Assembly: GCA_024137785.1 (NCBI GenBank)
Contig: JAHRHZ010000126.1
Span: forward strand, 274,719 to 338,718
From: Ginglymostoma cirratum
Taxonomy: Eukaryota
Direction of reading: 5' to 3'
Length of the DNA: 64,000 nucleotides
Each line of letters opens with the position of its first letter. Positions within the stretch are counted from its first letter, which is position 1. The translations under genes and the position numbers were made by a program. Below the pieces are notes generated by a model that searched no databases, was not told the DNA's origin, and was given only the letters and a program-made list of their open reading frames with translations. Shown here piece by piece: positions 49,356 through 62,480 of the stretch.

Positions 49356-50091
49356 TTTTAATATATTTGAGAAAAAGGCACCTTTAAAAATGCCATTATG
49401 CATTTAGAACATCAAATATACATGAGTTCACTTGCGAAGTCAGGTTCAAAGCATTGTCAGACAATGGAGTAAAATATGCTATCACAGGTTTATTGCATCT
49501 GGATAGTATTATTTGTGCTGGTTGTAGGCTTGATCTTATGCAGACAAGGTCCACGCAAACATTAACCATTAGGCTTTGAAGCATTTGAAATGCCTCATAA
49601 TTTGTCCATAATAGTGTCTGACCTTCTTTTGCTGATGGGCTACCTTCTCAAAAAAGGATAAGTAATTCTGCTTTCGAGTACACGAGCAGTCACTTGAGCC
49701 ACATTGTATTAATATGAACATTAGATCACGTCAGATATATCTGTTTCAAATCATCTGAAAGGAGCCAGGACACAAATGTTCAATCAAGTTGCGACCTTTA
49801 AGCGGAGGCAAACACAACATCTGTCAGCTCTAAGTAAGATATTTGTAGACAGAAATTGCTCACATATATCATTGTCGGTTGTCTAGTTGTCTTTTCTGCA
49901 TTAGGTGTGGTACTTTGATCATATCAAAATATACGGTCAGTGTTAATGCCGCTTTGCTTTTTGGAGATAATTTATGGCTCCTGTAATTCAATACCCAGCA
50001 AAGTGGCAATTTGCAGATCAGCAAACTTTAGGTTGGAGTACATGCATACTAGTTAGTCAAGTAAGATCTTGAAGTGAATAGAGAAGCAGCA

Positions 50092-50255
50092 AAAACAGAA
50101 ATTGCTGGAAAAGCTCAACAGGTCTGGCAGTAGCAGTTCTGAGGAAGGGTCACTTGGCCAGAAACATTAACTCCGATTTCTCTCCACAGATGCTGCCAGA
50201 ACCACTGAACTTTCCAGCAATTTCCGTTGTTCCTGATTTCCAGCATCCACAAGTC
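50092..50255 (+). mobile_element. Penelope-related terminal repeat (second family) with inverted 5' copy and hammerhead-like core
   Basis: AGTT-CTGAGGA-AGGGTCACTTGGCCA-GAAACATT-AACT at 50135-50172; 50093-50130 is an imperfect inverted copy of ~50191-50231. Confidence 0.7.
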
Positions 50256-52934
50256 GTTGGGGTTTTATTTTTAATAGAAAGGTACTCTGGTGTTCAACAT
50301 ACATAATCACAAATTCATGAAATGTTCATATTTTCATTATGAATTGTGTGTACTTAGGAGGAAGATGTTATGTCATATAAAATAAAATTCTTGGACAAAA
50401 GAACAGTTTTGCATTTTCACTGGAATGAAATATTTTAGAACTCCAGGGGACTCCAACTTTCTCCGCATTTCTTTGCTCAGCTGCATACACTGTTTGAATT
50501 TTCATCTTCTGCACTTGCTAAACATTGCTAGCCACACACTGTATTCCCATCATTTTCTGAATCAGGTATTACTGGTAGCAATCCCTCATGACTGGTTAGA
50601 ATTTATCAGCCCAGATTGTAGAGAAGTTGTGATGATTTGAGAGACCTGAAAAGATGGCAGGTAGAAACAAAATTTGGAGTTCTCACCTTCCTTTCTGATA
50701 GGTCATGTTTATGCTGGTGGCGAAAGGGGCACTTCACGAATTGCATGGATGGGAAACCCAAACTGAGCACAGCCATCAGATTTGTTTGCTGAGCATAAAT
50801 GCACGTTTACTATTGTTGCTTGAACAGCCCTCCACTGCAATTGGGAACCATGAATTTTTGAAAGAGATATAAACGGTTAAGGGGGAATTTAAAGTCATTT
50901 CCCATGATCTGAAGCAATTTAAATCCCGAGCCCATTAAATTTTGAAAATTAAACCCGAGGCTTTCATTTAGACTAGATGAAAATTTGTTGCTGGAGTGCA
51001 TTTGATGACAGAACATCTGGTGCTGCACAGAAACAAAAAAATAGCAAAGTAGCCATCTGTTTATTGAAATTTCAGTTGTATTGTTTAGAGTTCAGAGTTT
51101 GATTTTATTATAGTCAAACATATTGTGAATGCTTGGCTGGGTTCCAAAAGTCCAAAGCAGTTATTACACCAGGGTGCTGTATGGATAATTTAATTAATAA
51201 CTAATTAAATATAAGATAGTAAAACTATATTTAAATATGGTAAGTGAAATAAATGCTTGATTTTAAAGAACTGATTTAAGATTTCAGGAGTTGTACATAT
51301 TTTAAATGAATTCCATGAATGCAAACTTATTTTTAAATAATCAAGGAAGATTGAAAGTGAACTGTTAGATTGTTCAGTAAAGGAGTCGTGGAGGTAAAAT
51401 ACAGGTGAGTTTAGTGAGGTGGTATAGGGAATTTGAGGGAGCATGAGTGATAATGGGGGAATATGGAGGTCATGAGACCACTGAGGTGACATGAGTGCAT
51501 GGGGGAAAATGGGGTTTGGTTGCAGAGCTGAGAGCAGGGAGGGCTATGGTATCAAAACAATTCAAACTGTAGGATTAGAGAACTGAAATGATCCTGCTAA
51601 ATAGCTTGCCTTAAATGGTCACCCACCTCCAAACTGCTCTCAGAGATGGCAAGACCAATTTAATCCCAACCCATATCTTCAAAAATGAAAATATGTTGGG
51701 TGGGGCCTTTTAAAGAAGCCAGCAAGGTCCCTGACAGGACCTTCCTGCATCCTCCATGCAAGTCTGTTCTATTATTTCCTTTATACCTCATAAATCAGTG
51801 ATCTACAGAATGTCAATTAACATTTCAGCAGAACTGCAAAAGTAATGCTTGCAAGCAGCAAAGCTGGGGTACAGTCCTAACACTTCATGACAGGGGCTTG
51901 TAATGCCAAACCAATACTGGGGCAAAGCCACATCATTGGGAAAAGTACGGTTAAATGAATTTTTGCACATCATGAATTCCAACCGTTTATCCATTCTTTC
52001 CTTGGAATCTAAAGCCCCTCAGGCCTACACCATTGTTCTAGTCATGTGTTCTTCAGTCTCACCTTCCTATTTTTGTCTTCACCCGCATGTGGCATTGGGA
52101 GTAAGTGGAGATGACTATTTTTAAGGCCATATTTATTGATTTTATGCCCAGCTCCCCAAATTATGATTGCAGATCTGGATTCCTCATCTTATGTATGTTG
52201 TTGATTCCAACATGGATGACATCTTCTGGCTGTTCACACCACCCCAGTGTCCTACAGCTGTTCTATGACATCGAAGACTTCAGCATCAGGGAAGCAATAT
52301 ACCATCCTGGATTCAAGTTGAGGGACACAGAAATGCCTGTCTGCTCCCTGAATTAAAGAATCTCCAGTACTACTGCCTTCCTACCCTTCTTCCTTTCTCC
52401 TCGTACAAGCTTGATGCTTGCTGCATACTTTCAAGGAATCAATGTCCTTGCCAGTATCCAGAATGGAAAACGAATTAGCAAGTGTTCCTGCACTACCTCA
52501 ATGTTCACCCATTCCCCATCTGCCTGCTAGCCCCTAACATGTGGTGTTACCACCTCTTTAAACATGCTATGCATGTTGTTCTCTGCCTCATGGACGTAGC
52601 CCCTGAAATTGAAGGGCTACAGCAGTACCTAGGTGAGAGGAGGTTGCTGATAGCATTTGCATTCAGTAAATAGATTCAGCAATCTTCAATAGATTCAGTA
52701 CCCACTTTCACAATGATTGGGTCAGGAACTGAGAGGTGGGATAAAGATGCCATCGCTCAGTTAAAGAGACAAAGCAATGCCTGCAGGAAATTTCCCAAAG
52801 CTCTACTGGTGCCAACACTTCAGCAGGGCCTGCACGTTGAAACTTCCACTCTTTGTGTTCTCACGACAGTCTACTTTCTCAGTCAGTTTTTCATCATTAA
52901 CAAACCAGGATACACTACACTCAGTCTCTTTATC

Positions 52935-53650
52935 TAGGTCATTAACATAAATTGCAAATAACAGAGGCTCAATTACTTATCCATACAGCATGCAACTAGC
53001 CTGTCTCCCTGAAAATGACCCATTTATTTTTGCTCTCTGTTAATCAACTTTCCATCTATGCTAATATATCACCATATTCTCATGGGCCCTCATTTTGTGT
53101 AAGACCTATCCAGTGAATTTTGAAATTCATTAATATACTACAGCTACTAATTCCCAGTTACACCCTTAAAAAAACTCCATTAGACTTGTCAAACATGATT
53201 TTCCTTCTATAAAACTATGTTGACATTACTTAATTATGATATGACTTTCTAAGTGCCCTATAACTATTTCCATCATGATGAATCCCAGCATTTTCATGAT
53301 GACCAGATGGCCCATAGCTCCCTGATAACCTTCTCACCATCTTTCTATATAGTAGTGTTACATTCACTTATTTCTAATATGCTGGGACTATTCCAGAATC
53401 AAGAGAATTTTGGAAGGTCACAATCAGTTCATCATCAACTATTTCTTTATGTGCCTCCACGGAACTTGAAGATGTAGGCCAGCAGTTCCAGGGGATTTGT
53501 GACTTTTAGTCCCAGTAATTTCTCTGTTCCTTCTTCTTGACTAATATTAATTACCTTTAGGTTTCTTCCTTTCATTAGACCTTTAGTTCCCCCTCATTCC
53601 TGGTACCTGTGTTTTTTCTCCCCCCTCACAGTGAAGACAGATTTTAAAAA
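52935..53650 (-). mobile_element. Old CR1 RT fragment
   Basis: GTCAAACATGATTTTCCTTCTATAAAACTATGTTGAC parallels the QHGF..G.SCLT region of the young copies. Confidence 0.6.
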
Positions 53651-54767
53651 CTGGTCTTATATCTCAGCTGTCAAGCAATCCACCTGTTTCTCAGAATCCT
53701 CTACCTTTTCTTTTAAATTTAGAAAAAGCCTAGAAGCTCTTGCAATCAGTTTACTTAGTGTATTTTTCCTTAAAAAAAATCCTTTATTAATAAAATTCTC
53801 CCACTCATTAAACATACTATTTTTCTTGGTAATATTAGAAGTCTCTTTGAATCTAATGCTTTCCTAATCTCTCTAGCTCACCATAGATGAAGCTGTGAAA
53901 CTCTACTTAGTTTTTTGGTACGAAATGCAAATCTGTGGCAATTGCTTATCACACATTTTTTAAAAAATTGCAATTCTCTTAAGTATGAGAGGAAATGCTT
54001 TAGCTTTACAATTAGATTTATGGTTAGATACTTGATTCTTGAACTCAATGTGAAAATTTTATTGCAATATGACCGGTCTTCCTTGGAAAATTCCTGTTGG
54101 ATTATGCATTAACCACGTATCATCACACAAGACAACAGTCAAGATAGTGGCAAGGCATAAAATAGCCTCTTCACTGATTAATGCATCATAGAACCATTCT
54201 AGGAACGCTCAGTTGTAATTTTGGGGCTGAAGTCTTAATTAAGAGGGGAGCAAAAAAACGATGACTTTCCATGGGCCCCAAATGATTCCATCAGTGTACA
54301 AGTGGATCTGGGATCATTGATACCACACCTTAAGTCTGCAGCTGGTACCCTGAAGCTGAAGTAATGCTATAATATCCTCGACTATCCTCATCTTCTGACT
54401 TCATTTCAAGGACGGAATGGCTACCGGAAGACAAGGGCTGATGACTCCCTTACACACCCCTGACTCAGGCCATGTATAGGTACAGTGCAGCCCAATTCAA
54501 CCATAGCAATTGTGCAACAAGTGATAGATCTGCTGAATTTGAAAGGTCATATGCTTGGATTGGTATGTTGGAGCCTGTCAGTACCCTCCATACAGGGAGT
54601 GTTGCATGATCCAGACAAAGAGGGCATGTGATGAAAGCTGAAGAGCTAGGACAGCAACAGCAGTAGTTTACTGATGAGGAAGCCATTCAGCAGGAGGAGC
54701 ATCACCTTCTACTTGATATGGTGCTTCAAAGTCAGGTACAACAAGCTAGACATGACTTCAAGTCATG

Positions 54768-55087
54768 GAATCATAGAATCCCTACAGTGTGGAGCAGGGC
54801 ATTCAGCCCATTGAGTTCACACCAACCATCCAAGGAGCATCCCACTCCAATCTCTGTAACCCTGCATCTCCCATGGCTAATCCACCTAGCCTGCACATTG
54901 TCAACAGTGTCCAGCAATTTCCCATGGCCAATCTATCTAACCTGCACACATCTTTAGACTATGGGAGCAAACCAGAACACGTGGAGGAAACCCAGAGAAA
55001 CACCAGCAGAATATGCAAACTCCACGCAGTCATCTGAGAGTGGAAATCAAACCCAGGTCCCCAGTGCTGTGAAGCAGCAAGGCTAAC
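54768..55087 (-). mobile_element. HE1-type SINE, diverged
   Basis: GAATCATAGAATCCCTACAGTGTGG tail; GGAGGAAACCCAG...GCAAACTCCACGCAGTC V domain; B-box-like ATCAAACCC. Confidence 0.82.
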
Positions 55088-55530
55088 CGGTTTGTGTAAA
55101 AAGTTGCCCCTCATGTCTTTTCTGAATTGGTCTTCTCACCTTAAAAATATGCCCCTTAATATTGAAATCCCCCAAGATAGTGAAAAGACACCTTCCACTC
55201 ACCTTATCTATGCCCCTCAAGATTTTATGCATCTCTACAAGGTCAATTCTCAACCTGTCACATGCCAGTGAAAAAATTCCCAGCCTCCAGGTGCTCCAGT
55301 TTCCTCCCCAAGATGTGCAGGCTAGGTGGATTGGACATGCTAAATTGCCCATAGCGTTCAGGGGTGTGGGTTATAGGGGGATGGGTCTGGGTAGGATGCT
55401 CCAAGGGTCGGTGTGGACTTGTTGGGCCATAAAGGGCCTGTTCCCACACTGTAGGAATTCTAATTCTAATTCTATCCAGCCCCTCCATTTCCAGCAATAT
55501 CCTGGTATATCTTTTCTGAACCCTCTCGAG
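55088..55530 (-). mobile_element. HER1/CR1 3' fragment interrupted by a plus-strand HE1 SINE
   Basis: RLGIFSLACDRLRIDLVEMHKILRGIDKV in ORF 55083-55352; resumes after 55473. Confidence 0.8.
55290..55473 (+). mobile_element. HE1-type SINE, 5'-truncated, young
   Basis: Near-identical to the 3' half of 9756-10061; (ATTCTA)3 tail. Confidence 0.88.
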
Positions 55531-55680
55531 CCTAAATGGTTCCAGTCAATGAGAGCTGGGTCAGTGATCATTCAATAACTGTAAAATTATTGATGCTCAA
55601 AAAACACACAACACAAGTTAACAAGCATGGGGCTGGATGAACACAGCAGGTCAAGCAGCATCATAGGAGCAGGAAAGCTT

Positions 55681-55708
55681 GACGTTTCGGGCCGAGACCC
55701 TTCATCAG
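55681..55708 (-). ncRNA. Minimal hammerhead ribozyme core, best-preserved copy
   Basis: uuu-CUGAUGA-A-GGGU(CUCG)GCCC-GAAA-CG-UC-aag; canonical core, helix II, GUC triplet, 3-bp helix I. Confidence 0.7.
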
Positions 55709-55943
55709 AAATGGGGGAGGGGAAGAGGGTTCTGAAATAAATAGGGAGAGAGGGGGAGGCAGATAGAGGAGAGGATAGGTGGAGAGGAGGCAGACAAGTT
55801 GAAGAGGCGGGGATGGGGCCAGTAAAGGAGAGTGTAGGTAGGGGGGTAGGGAGGAGATAGGTCAGTCCAGGGAGGACGGACAGGTCAAGGGGGCGGGATG
55901 ATGTTAGTAGATAGGAGATGGGGGTGTGGCTTGAGGTGAGAGG

Positions 55944-56343
55944 NNNNNNNNNNNNNNNNNNNNNNNNNNNNNNNNNNNNNNNNNNNNNNNNNNNNNNNNN
56001 NNNNNNNNNNNNNNNNNNNNNNNNNNNNNNNNNNNNNNNNNNNNNNNNNNNNNNNNNNNNNNNNNNNNNNNNNNNNNNNNNNNNNNNNNNNNNNNNNNNN
56101 NNNNNNNNNNNNNNNNNNNNNNNNNNNNNNNNNNNNNNNNNNNNNNNNNNNNNNNNNNNNNNNNNNNNNNNNNNNNNNNNNNNNNNNNNNNNNNNNNNNN
56201 NNNNNNNNNNNNNNNNNNNNNNNNNNNNNNNNNNNNNNNNNNNNNNNNNNNNNNNNNNNNNNNNNNNNNNNNNNNNNNNNNNNNNNNNNNNNNNNNNNNN
56301 NNNNNNNNNNNNNNNNNNNNNNNNNNNNNNNNNNNNNNNNNNN
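55944..56343. other. Assembly gap, 400 N
   Basis: Direct reading. Confidence 1.
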
Positions 56344-57489
56344 TAACCTACAAAGAGGCAGGCATAGCTTGGGCCCATGCGGGTACCCATGGCCACCCCC
56401 TTTGTCTGCAGGAAGTGGGAGGAATTGAAAGAGAAGTTGTTGAGGGCGAGGACGAGTTCGGCTGAGTGGATGAGGGTGTCGGTGGTGGGGGGATTGGTCA
56501 GTTCTGCAGGACAGGAAGAAGCAGAGGGCCTTTAGGCCATCTGCATGGGGAATACGGGTGTATAGGGACTGGACGTCCATGGCAAAGAGGAGGTGTTGGG
56601 GACCTGGGAATTGGAAGTTCTGGAGGAGGTGGAGGGCATGGGTGGTGTCACGGACGTAGGTAGGGAGTTCCTGGACCAAGGGGGTGGAAGTGGAGTCTAG
56701 GTAGGTGGAGATGAGTTCGGTGGGGCAGGAGCAGGCGGAGACAATGGGTTGACCAGGGCATTCAGGTTTGTGGATTTTGGGAAAGAGATAGAAGCAGGCG
56801 GTGCGGGGCTGGGGAACAATGAGGTTGGAGGCGGTGGGTGGGAGGTCACCTGAGGTGATGAGGTTGTGGATGGTTTGGTGCTCGGGGCTGGGGGTCATGA
56901 TCCAGGGGGCGGTCGGAGGTGGTGTTGGAGAGTTGGTGCCTAGCCTCAGCAATGTAGAGGTCAGTGCGCCATACTACAACTGCGCCTCCCTTGTCCGCAG
57001 GTTTTATGGTGAGGTTGGGATGGGAGCGGAGGGCTGCACGTTGTGCTGCACTTTCTGCGGGGCAGAGGTTGGAGTGTTTGAGAGGGGTAGAGAGGTTGAG
57101 ACAATTGATGTCTCGATGGCAGTTGGAGATGAAGAGGTTGAGGGAGGGTAGGAGGCCTTGGAGTGGTGTCCAGGAGGAGGGCTTTGTTGGAGGCAGGAGA
57201 AGGGGTCAGTAGAGGGAGGGTTAGATTCACGGTTGAAGTCGTAAGTGTGGAGGCGGAGGCGGAGGCAGTGGAAAAACTGCTCAATATCCAAGCGTGAGTG
57301 ATATTCATTGATATGTGGGTGGAGGGGGACAAAGGTGAGCCCTTCACTGAGGACTGACCGTTTGTCCTCAGTAAGGGGGAGGAATGTGGAATGGTGAAGA
57401 CTCGGCAGGGCTCAGTGTTGCTGTCTCCTCTGGAGCTGCTGGCTGTGGACGGAGTGTTGTCAGTGTCAGCGGTGGGCGGAGAACTTGGA

Positions 57490-57995
57490 TAAGAAAATTC
57501 GTTAGACCTCAGCTGGATTATTGTGTAATTTGTAGACACCACATTATTGGAAAGATGTTGAATGCATTGGCGATTTACAAGAATCGTTTCAGGAATGAGA
57601 AACTTCAGCTTTGAGAATAGATTGAAGAAGTTGAGACAATTGTCCTTGGAAAGGAGGTGGCTGAATGGAGATCTGATACAGGCTTTCAAAATCATAAGCA
57701 AGCCAGACAGGAGATAGCAAGGATGTTTTGTTTCTTTTACAAGCCGAAACAAACGAGGGGCACTGATGCTGTGCAATTGAAACAAGGGTGATGTGAGATT
57801 TAAAAGCCTTTTGCACACAGTGCATAGTGAGGCTATGAAATGCCTCCACTACATTTCCAGGCAGTGCAAGTTAATGGAGGCGTTCAAGGTGGCATTAGAT
57901 GATTGTTTTGATAGAACTAGTGTGGAGAAAAGGCAGAAGGTTGGCATAAGATACAGAGGGCTAAAGGCCTTCTGCACTGCAACAGTTCTGTGAAT
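57490..57995 (+). mobile_element. Old CR1 3' fragment
   Basis: KFVRPQLDYCVIC; homologous to 29700-30270. Confidence 0.75.
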
Positions 57996-58808
57996 GTAGG
58001 AGATAAGTTAAGAAGAGTTTGATAGTGAGTGAATAACTTTCGTTCCCCACCCCCCCTCCATGGCCTTCTCCAACGTTATTGGCATCAGCACCTTAGACAT
58101 ATGCAAGAACAGGATTTAGCTTTCTACTGTTCAGCTCCACATGCTGGCATGGTCAAAAACAATCTCTATTAGATTTCACAGGCTTCTAGGTACTAGCTTT
58201 TTTTGGGAAGACAGTGAGATTTTTCTACAAAGTATTTTCATCCAATCCTACCAACCTTCCTCAATCCCTGCTGCTGGTTTTTGCTGTCCATTTTACCTAA
58301 ATATCCCTGGTCCTAGAAGTTCAGATGGGCTAGACCACTTTGCTTATTTTATGTTGAAATAGAAATACATCAAAAACTTTTTCTTAAAAAAGGCAGGAAT
58401 GGATTGATTCTTGTTAGTCAGGTGAAATCAAAGGGTTTTTGGAAGTTGATGGAAAAGGATTCAAAATCCAAACAGATTAGCCATGCTCCCATTGAATGGT
58501 AGAGCAGGCTCAAGGGGCCAAATGGCCGACTCTTGCTCCAAGCAGATATAGAGGCTGGCGTTGATATGATGGGACTGCCTATAGCCAGCCTACCATTGCT
58601 GCAGCAGCTGAGCTGGAATCATACATCTTTTGGCCTCTTCTGTTTATTAAAAAGGGCTCTTGGCCTTCCCAGGAGAGCAGATTTATTTGTTTATCCATTT
58701 TGTATGTTTGCTTTTGAAATATAAATTGAATTTTAGTGGCACAGTGCCAGGACTTAAACTTGGCAAAAGAAAAGCTTATGTAAAAAGAAACCTTTTGAGA
58801 GCAAGTGG

Positions 58809-58965
58809 AAGGCAACGGCCTAGTGGTATTACCTCTGGATTGTTAACCCAGAGACCCAACTAATATTCGGGCGGTGGGGGGGGGGGGGTGGTGCAGGTGC
58901 AGGGGGCTGGGTTCAAAACCCTTCTTCATGGCAGGTGGTGGAATTTGTATTCAATAATAATTTGG
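58809..58965 (+). mobile_element. tRNA-derived SINE head containing a G13 run
   Basis: GGCCTAGTGGTATTA A-box-like and GGGTTCAAAACC B-box-like motifs; matches the reverse complement of 63510-63597. Confidence 0.6.
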
Positions 58966-60859
58966 AGATGGACAGACAGACAGGCGGATGATTTTTAAAA
59001 AAACCCTCAAGCTCAAAAAACACAAAATATCAATATGGCAATGTTTGAGACTAGGGAGGTGAAATGAGAGGCAGCTGCAAGTAGGCAGGTTTAGTGAAGC
59101 CAGAGGAAACACTGTTGCCTCTCCTAACTCCGCATGTTCGCTTCCAACATTTAATCTGCAACAACTAGGCCACAGAAGAAACTGAGAAAACTGGCTATAG
59201 CAGATCAGACAATATCCTCTCAGATTCAGACTGACTTTAGAAATAGTATGATTTTTAGACATGTAATAGACCGTCATTGACATGGGGCAATGGTGATGTT
59301 TTAATGGTTCAGGGGATCTCAGCTCCTATCTCAACAGTCATCCTACACACACACACACTATAGCCTTGAGCTTTGTATATAAAAGGTTAGAAACTCTTTC
59401 TTTCCAATGGGTTGACCAGTAATCTCCCCACTTATCACTGGTATGTTGGAGACTTTTACATTAATTACTCAACTCTGTGATGGGTTGTATAACGAGTGTA
59501 TATTCTTTGGCCTACAAGTCCTAGGGTGGAACTTCAACCCAGAGCTTCCTCATTTAGGAAGAGGGACACTATCCATTATGCCACAAGACTTTACCAGTGG
59601 TATGTTTAAAAAAGGTCCTAACATCTGTTAATGCCAGCTTCAAGAATACTTACTTATCAACTAAGCCAGTATGGATTGCACAAATTTCAGATGCCCTTGG
59701 AACAAGGGCATGACTCCCAAAGAGAATTCTTTTTGCCTTATTTGTTTAGGAATCAGTTAAGGATTTAATAAAAAAAAATTTCACGTAAAATAGTGTGCAT
59801 CTTCAGAAAGAAAAATGTTCAAGCTTTCAAAATAGTCAGTACAAAACACCAGGATTTGGCACAACATTTGTACTAACGATGACAGTTCCTTTGCATCTAG
59901 ACACAAAAAGAGTGGTCTCGTGATAAAATGAGATTACAGTACAATTGTTATTGTGTGATGTGATTTGTGTCTGTTTTCATTTTGAAGTGTTAGGACAAGA
60001 AATCAAGGCAACATTTTAGCTAGAACATGTCAGCAATAGTTAGAGACTATTGGGTAAGGAAAGTCTCACCAACGAAACATTGGCTAAATTCAGACTTTAA
60101 AAGCTTGGTGAGTCTGCATCAATGTTTGATATACATTTGCACCATTCTTACATTTCTTTATGGGCAGGCTCCTCTTAAGTTGGTATTAAACTGCAGCTTC
60201 AAGTAGGTATGGTTTTGCTCAAGATTGCTGCTTTTGTTGACTGCATCTCCTTATTACACAAGATATTTCACAGCAATGGAGTAATAGAAATCACATTGCT
60301 GTTCAAAAGCTGCAAATAGGCTACTTGGACACTAGGGAATTAAACACTTAAAAATATAAAGGCCAGCATTTACCTGCAGTGTTTGTAGAGGGATTGATTG
60401 TTGTTTAGAAATATTTTTAAAAAAGGACAATTAAAAGACTCTTCAGGCTGCCTGGTTGCTTGAAATTTTGTTCTGCCCTCGACAATTAGGTCTGCCAATT
60501 TAGCAGAAGATTAGGCAGGCTTCCTTCCCTAAAAAAGGAGATAGTGATTTAAAAAAAGTGATCTGGTACTCAATATGGTCACCACTACAGACATTAGCTT
60601 CTTAATTCCAGATTTACTTATCATTGAAATCAAGATTTTCCACTAGCAATGTTAAAATTTAGACTTCCTTCCAGTCATTCGTCAATGTCTCTGAAATATT
60701 CAGTGACATGACAACTGTAGAAGTGACTATGGAACACTAACCAAATTATTTAGGCCCCTTGTGAGGTGCAAGCCTAGGTGAGGTAGAGGGACAAAGGGAC
60801 CTTTGAATATAAATACCTCAGTTGCATCACCTGTTAGTATGACCATAAGAGAAAAGATC

Positions 60860-61900
60860 AAAGTATTAGGCTTTATTTCAAGAGGAATGTGACCGAAAAG
60901 GTAAGGAAGTTATGCAAAACTGGCACTGATCATTTCTTAGACCATAGAATATGGCATGCAGTTCTGGTTGCCAAAATATAACCAGAACATATCAGCATGA
61001 AATGATGCCTAGTTAGGATGTTAACAGCAATATGTGGGTATACATATCAGAAAGGGACTGAAAGATTAGGTCTCTTCTCACTTGGAAAAGGAAGGTTGAC
61101 TTAAGAAAGCTTGATAAAAAATTACAAGAGGGTTTGACTGAATGGATACAAAAAAAGTTTCCTGAGGGGAAGGTTATACTTCTTACCATGATGTACTACC
61201 TCAATTATCTGCATAGAATTAGCAAATTAAATTCAACAAGTTCATTGATATTCTCTTTTGTTTTGACTACATTGCCCCCCCATTTTCATTTGCAAATTTT
61301 TAATTTGCAGTTTGAGATTCCAAAGTCCAAATTTCAAGAATGGAAACTGAAAAGCTGTAGTCCCAGCAATGATCCATGTTGATTATTTCATCTCAGCTTC
61401 TGCCACTCTAAACTGCACTTGATTTCCACTCTCTGCTTCTGGCAATCAGTTCTGTCACTTGCCTCCGATTCCACATTGCCCGATCTTACGCATTAGCATA
61501 TTGTACAGCACCTTAAAAAGGCCTTTTGATAATCCAGGTATATCACATTTACTTTTATTTTAAAAGTTACATTGTCTGTTCTTCGAAGCAAAAGTGTAGT
61601 AAGCTGGTAAAAAGGATTTTTTTTTCCCCTTTTGACATCCATGTTAACTATTCAGTGTTTTGTTACTAATTACGGGGATGCTTTTCGATTCTGTCTTTTC
61701 ACAAGAACTCCATTATTTTTCACATTGTCGAATTAATCAGACTTAGGTCTATAACTCCCTCAACATGTCCAATTCAGTTTCTGATGTATAGGAATGATAT
61801 TAGCTGTTTACCAGTATGCTGCCACTGCATTTTTTCCCCCCAACAAATTATTAAAATGTGTAGCAATGCTCCTGATGTTTTCTTAAGACTCAGTTAAAGT
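60860..61900. mobile_element. Very old CR1 fragments (plus 60860-61170, minus 61300-61900)
   Basis: AAGGAAGTTATGC...TAGAATATGGCATGCAGTTCTGGTTGCC parallels KEVML..LEYCVQFWSP. Confidence 0.5.
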
Positions 61901-61974
61901 AAATGGATGCAATGAGTTAATACAAAGGATAAAGCCCTTAATCATAGTTTATCCACAGGATATTGCCACCACTA

Positions 61975-62480
61975 GTTGGACCAGCATTTATTGCCCCTCC
62001 TTTGCTGCCCTTGGTAAGGTGGCTGTGAGCTGCCTTCTCAAACTTGTGCACTCTACCTACATGTGATTTAGGTGGACCCATAGAGCCCTTAGGGAGGGAG
62101 TTGAGATTTTTGACCTAGCAGCAGTAAAGGAACAATATATTTCCAACTCAAGATGGTGACCAACTTGGATGGAAACTTGCACAAGGATTTTTGGTGAATT
62201 TCTGTAGGGCATTTTGCAGACAGTACATGCTGCTGCTGCTTAGCATCGGTGGTGGAGGGACTGGATGTTGTGTCAATCAAGGGGGTTGCTTTGTCCTGGA
62301 TGGTGCCAAGCTCCTGACAGTTGGAGCTGTGCCCATCCAGGAAAGTGGGGACTATTCCATTACAGTTCTGACTTGTGCTTTATAAATCATGGAGAGCCTT
62401 TGCTCAGTCAGGAGATGAATTATTTGCTAGCATCTGATTTGAGTAGCAATTGTATCTACATGGTTCATCCAGTTCAGTTT
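61975..62480 (-). mobile_element. CR1/L2-group LINE 3' fragment
   Basis: CCAGCATTTATTGCCC...GTGAGCTGCCTTCT tail; homologous to 17625-18300. Confidence 0.65.

Larger units (their letters stand above)
55618..57480 (-). mobile_element. Penelope-like (Neptune-type) retroelement, 5'-truncated, spanning the gap
   Basis: RT motifs PRTACFYLFPKIHKP, GQPIVSACSCPTE, AMDVQSLYT, AMGTRMGPSYACLFVG in shifted frames; terminal repeat 55618-55710. Confidence 0.92.

Noticed and set aside
1991-55710. Recurring ~130-bp repeat as a CRISPR-like array
   Set aside because: Dispersed in both orientations, no regular spacers, no cas genes, eukaryotic context
55587-56952. Long ORFs of 269, 355 and 142 aa
   Set aside because: Their length comes from the N gap; the real parts are frameshifted Penelope RT and UTR
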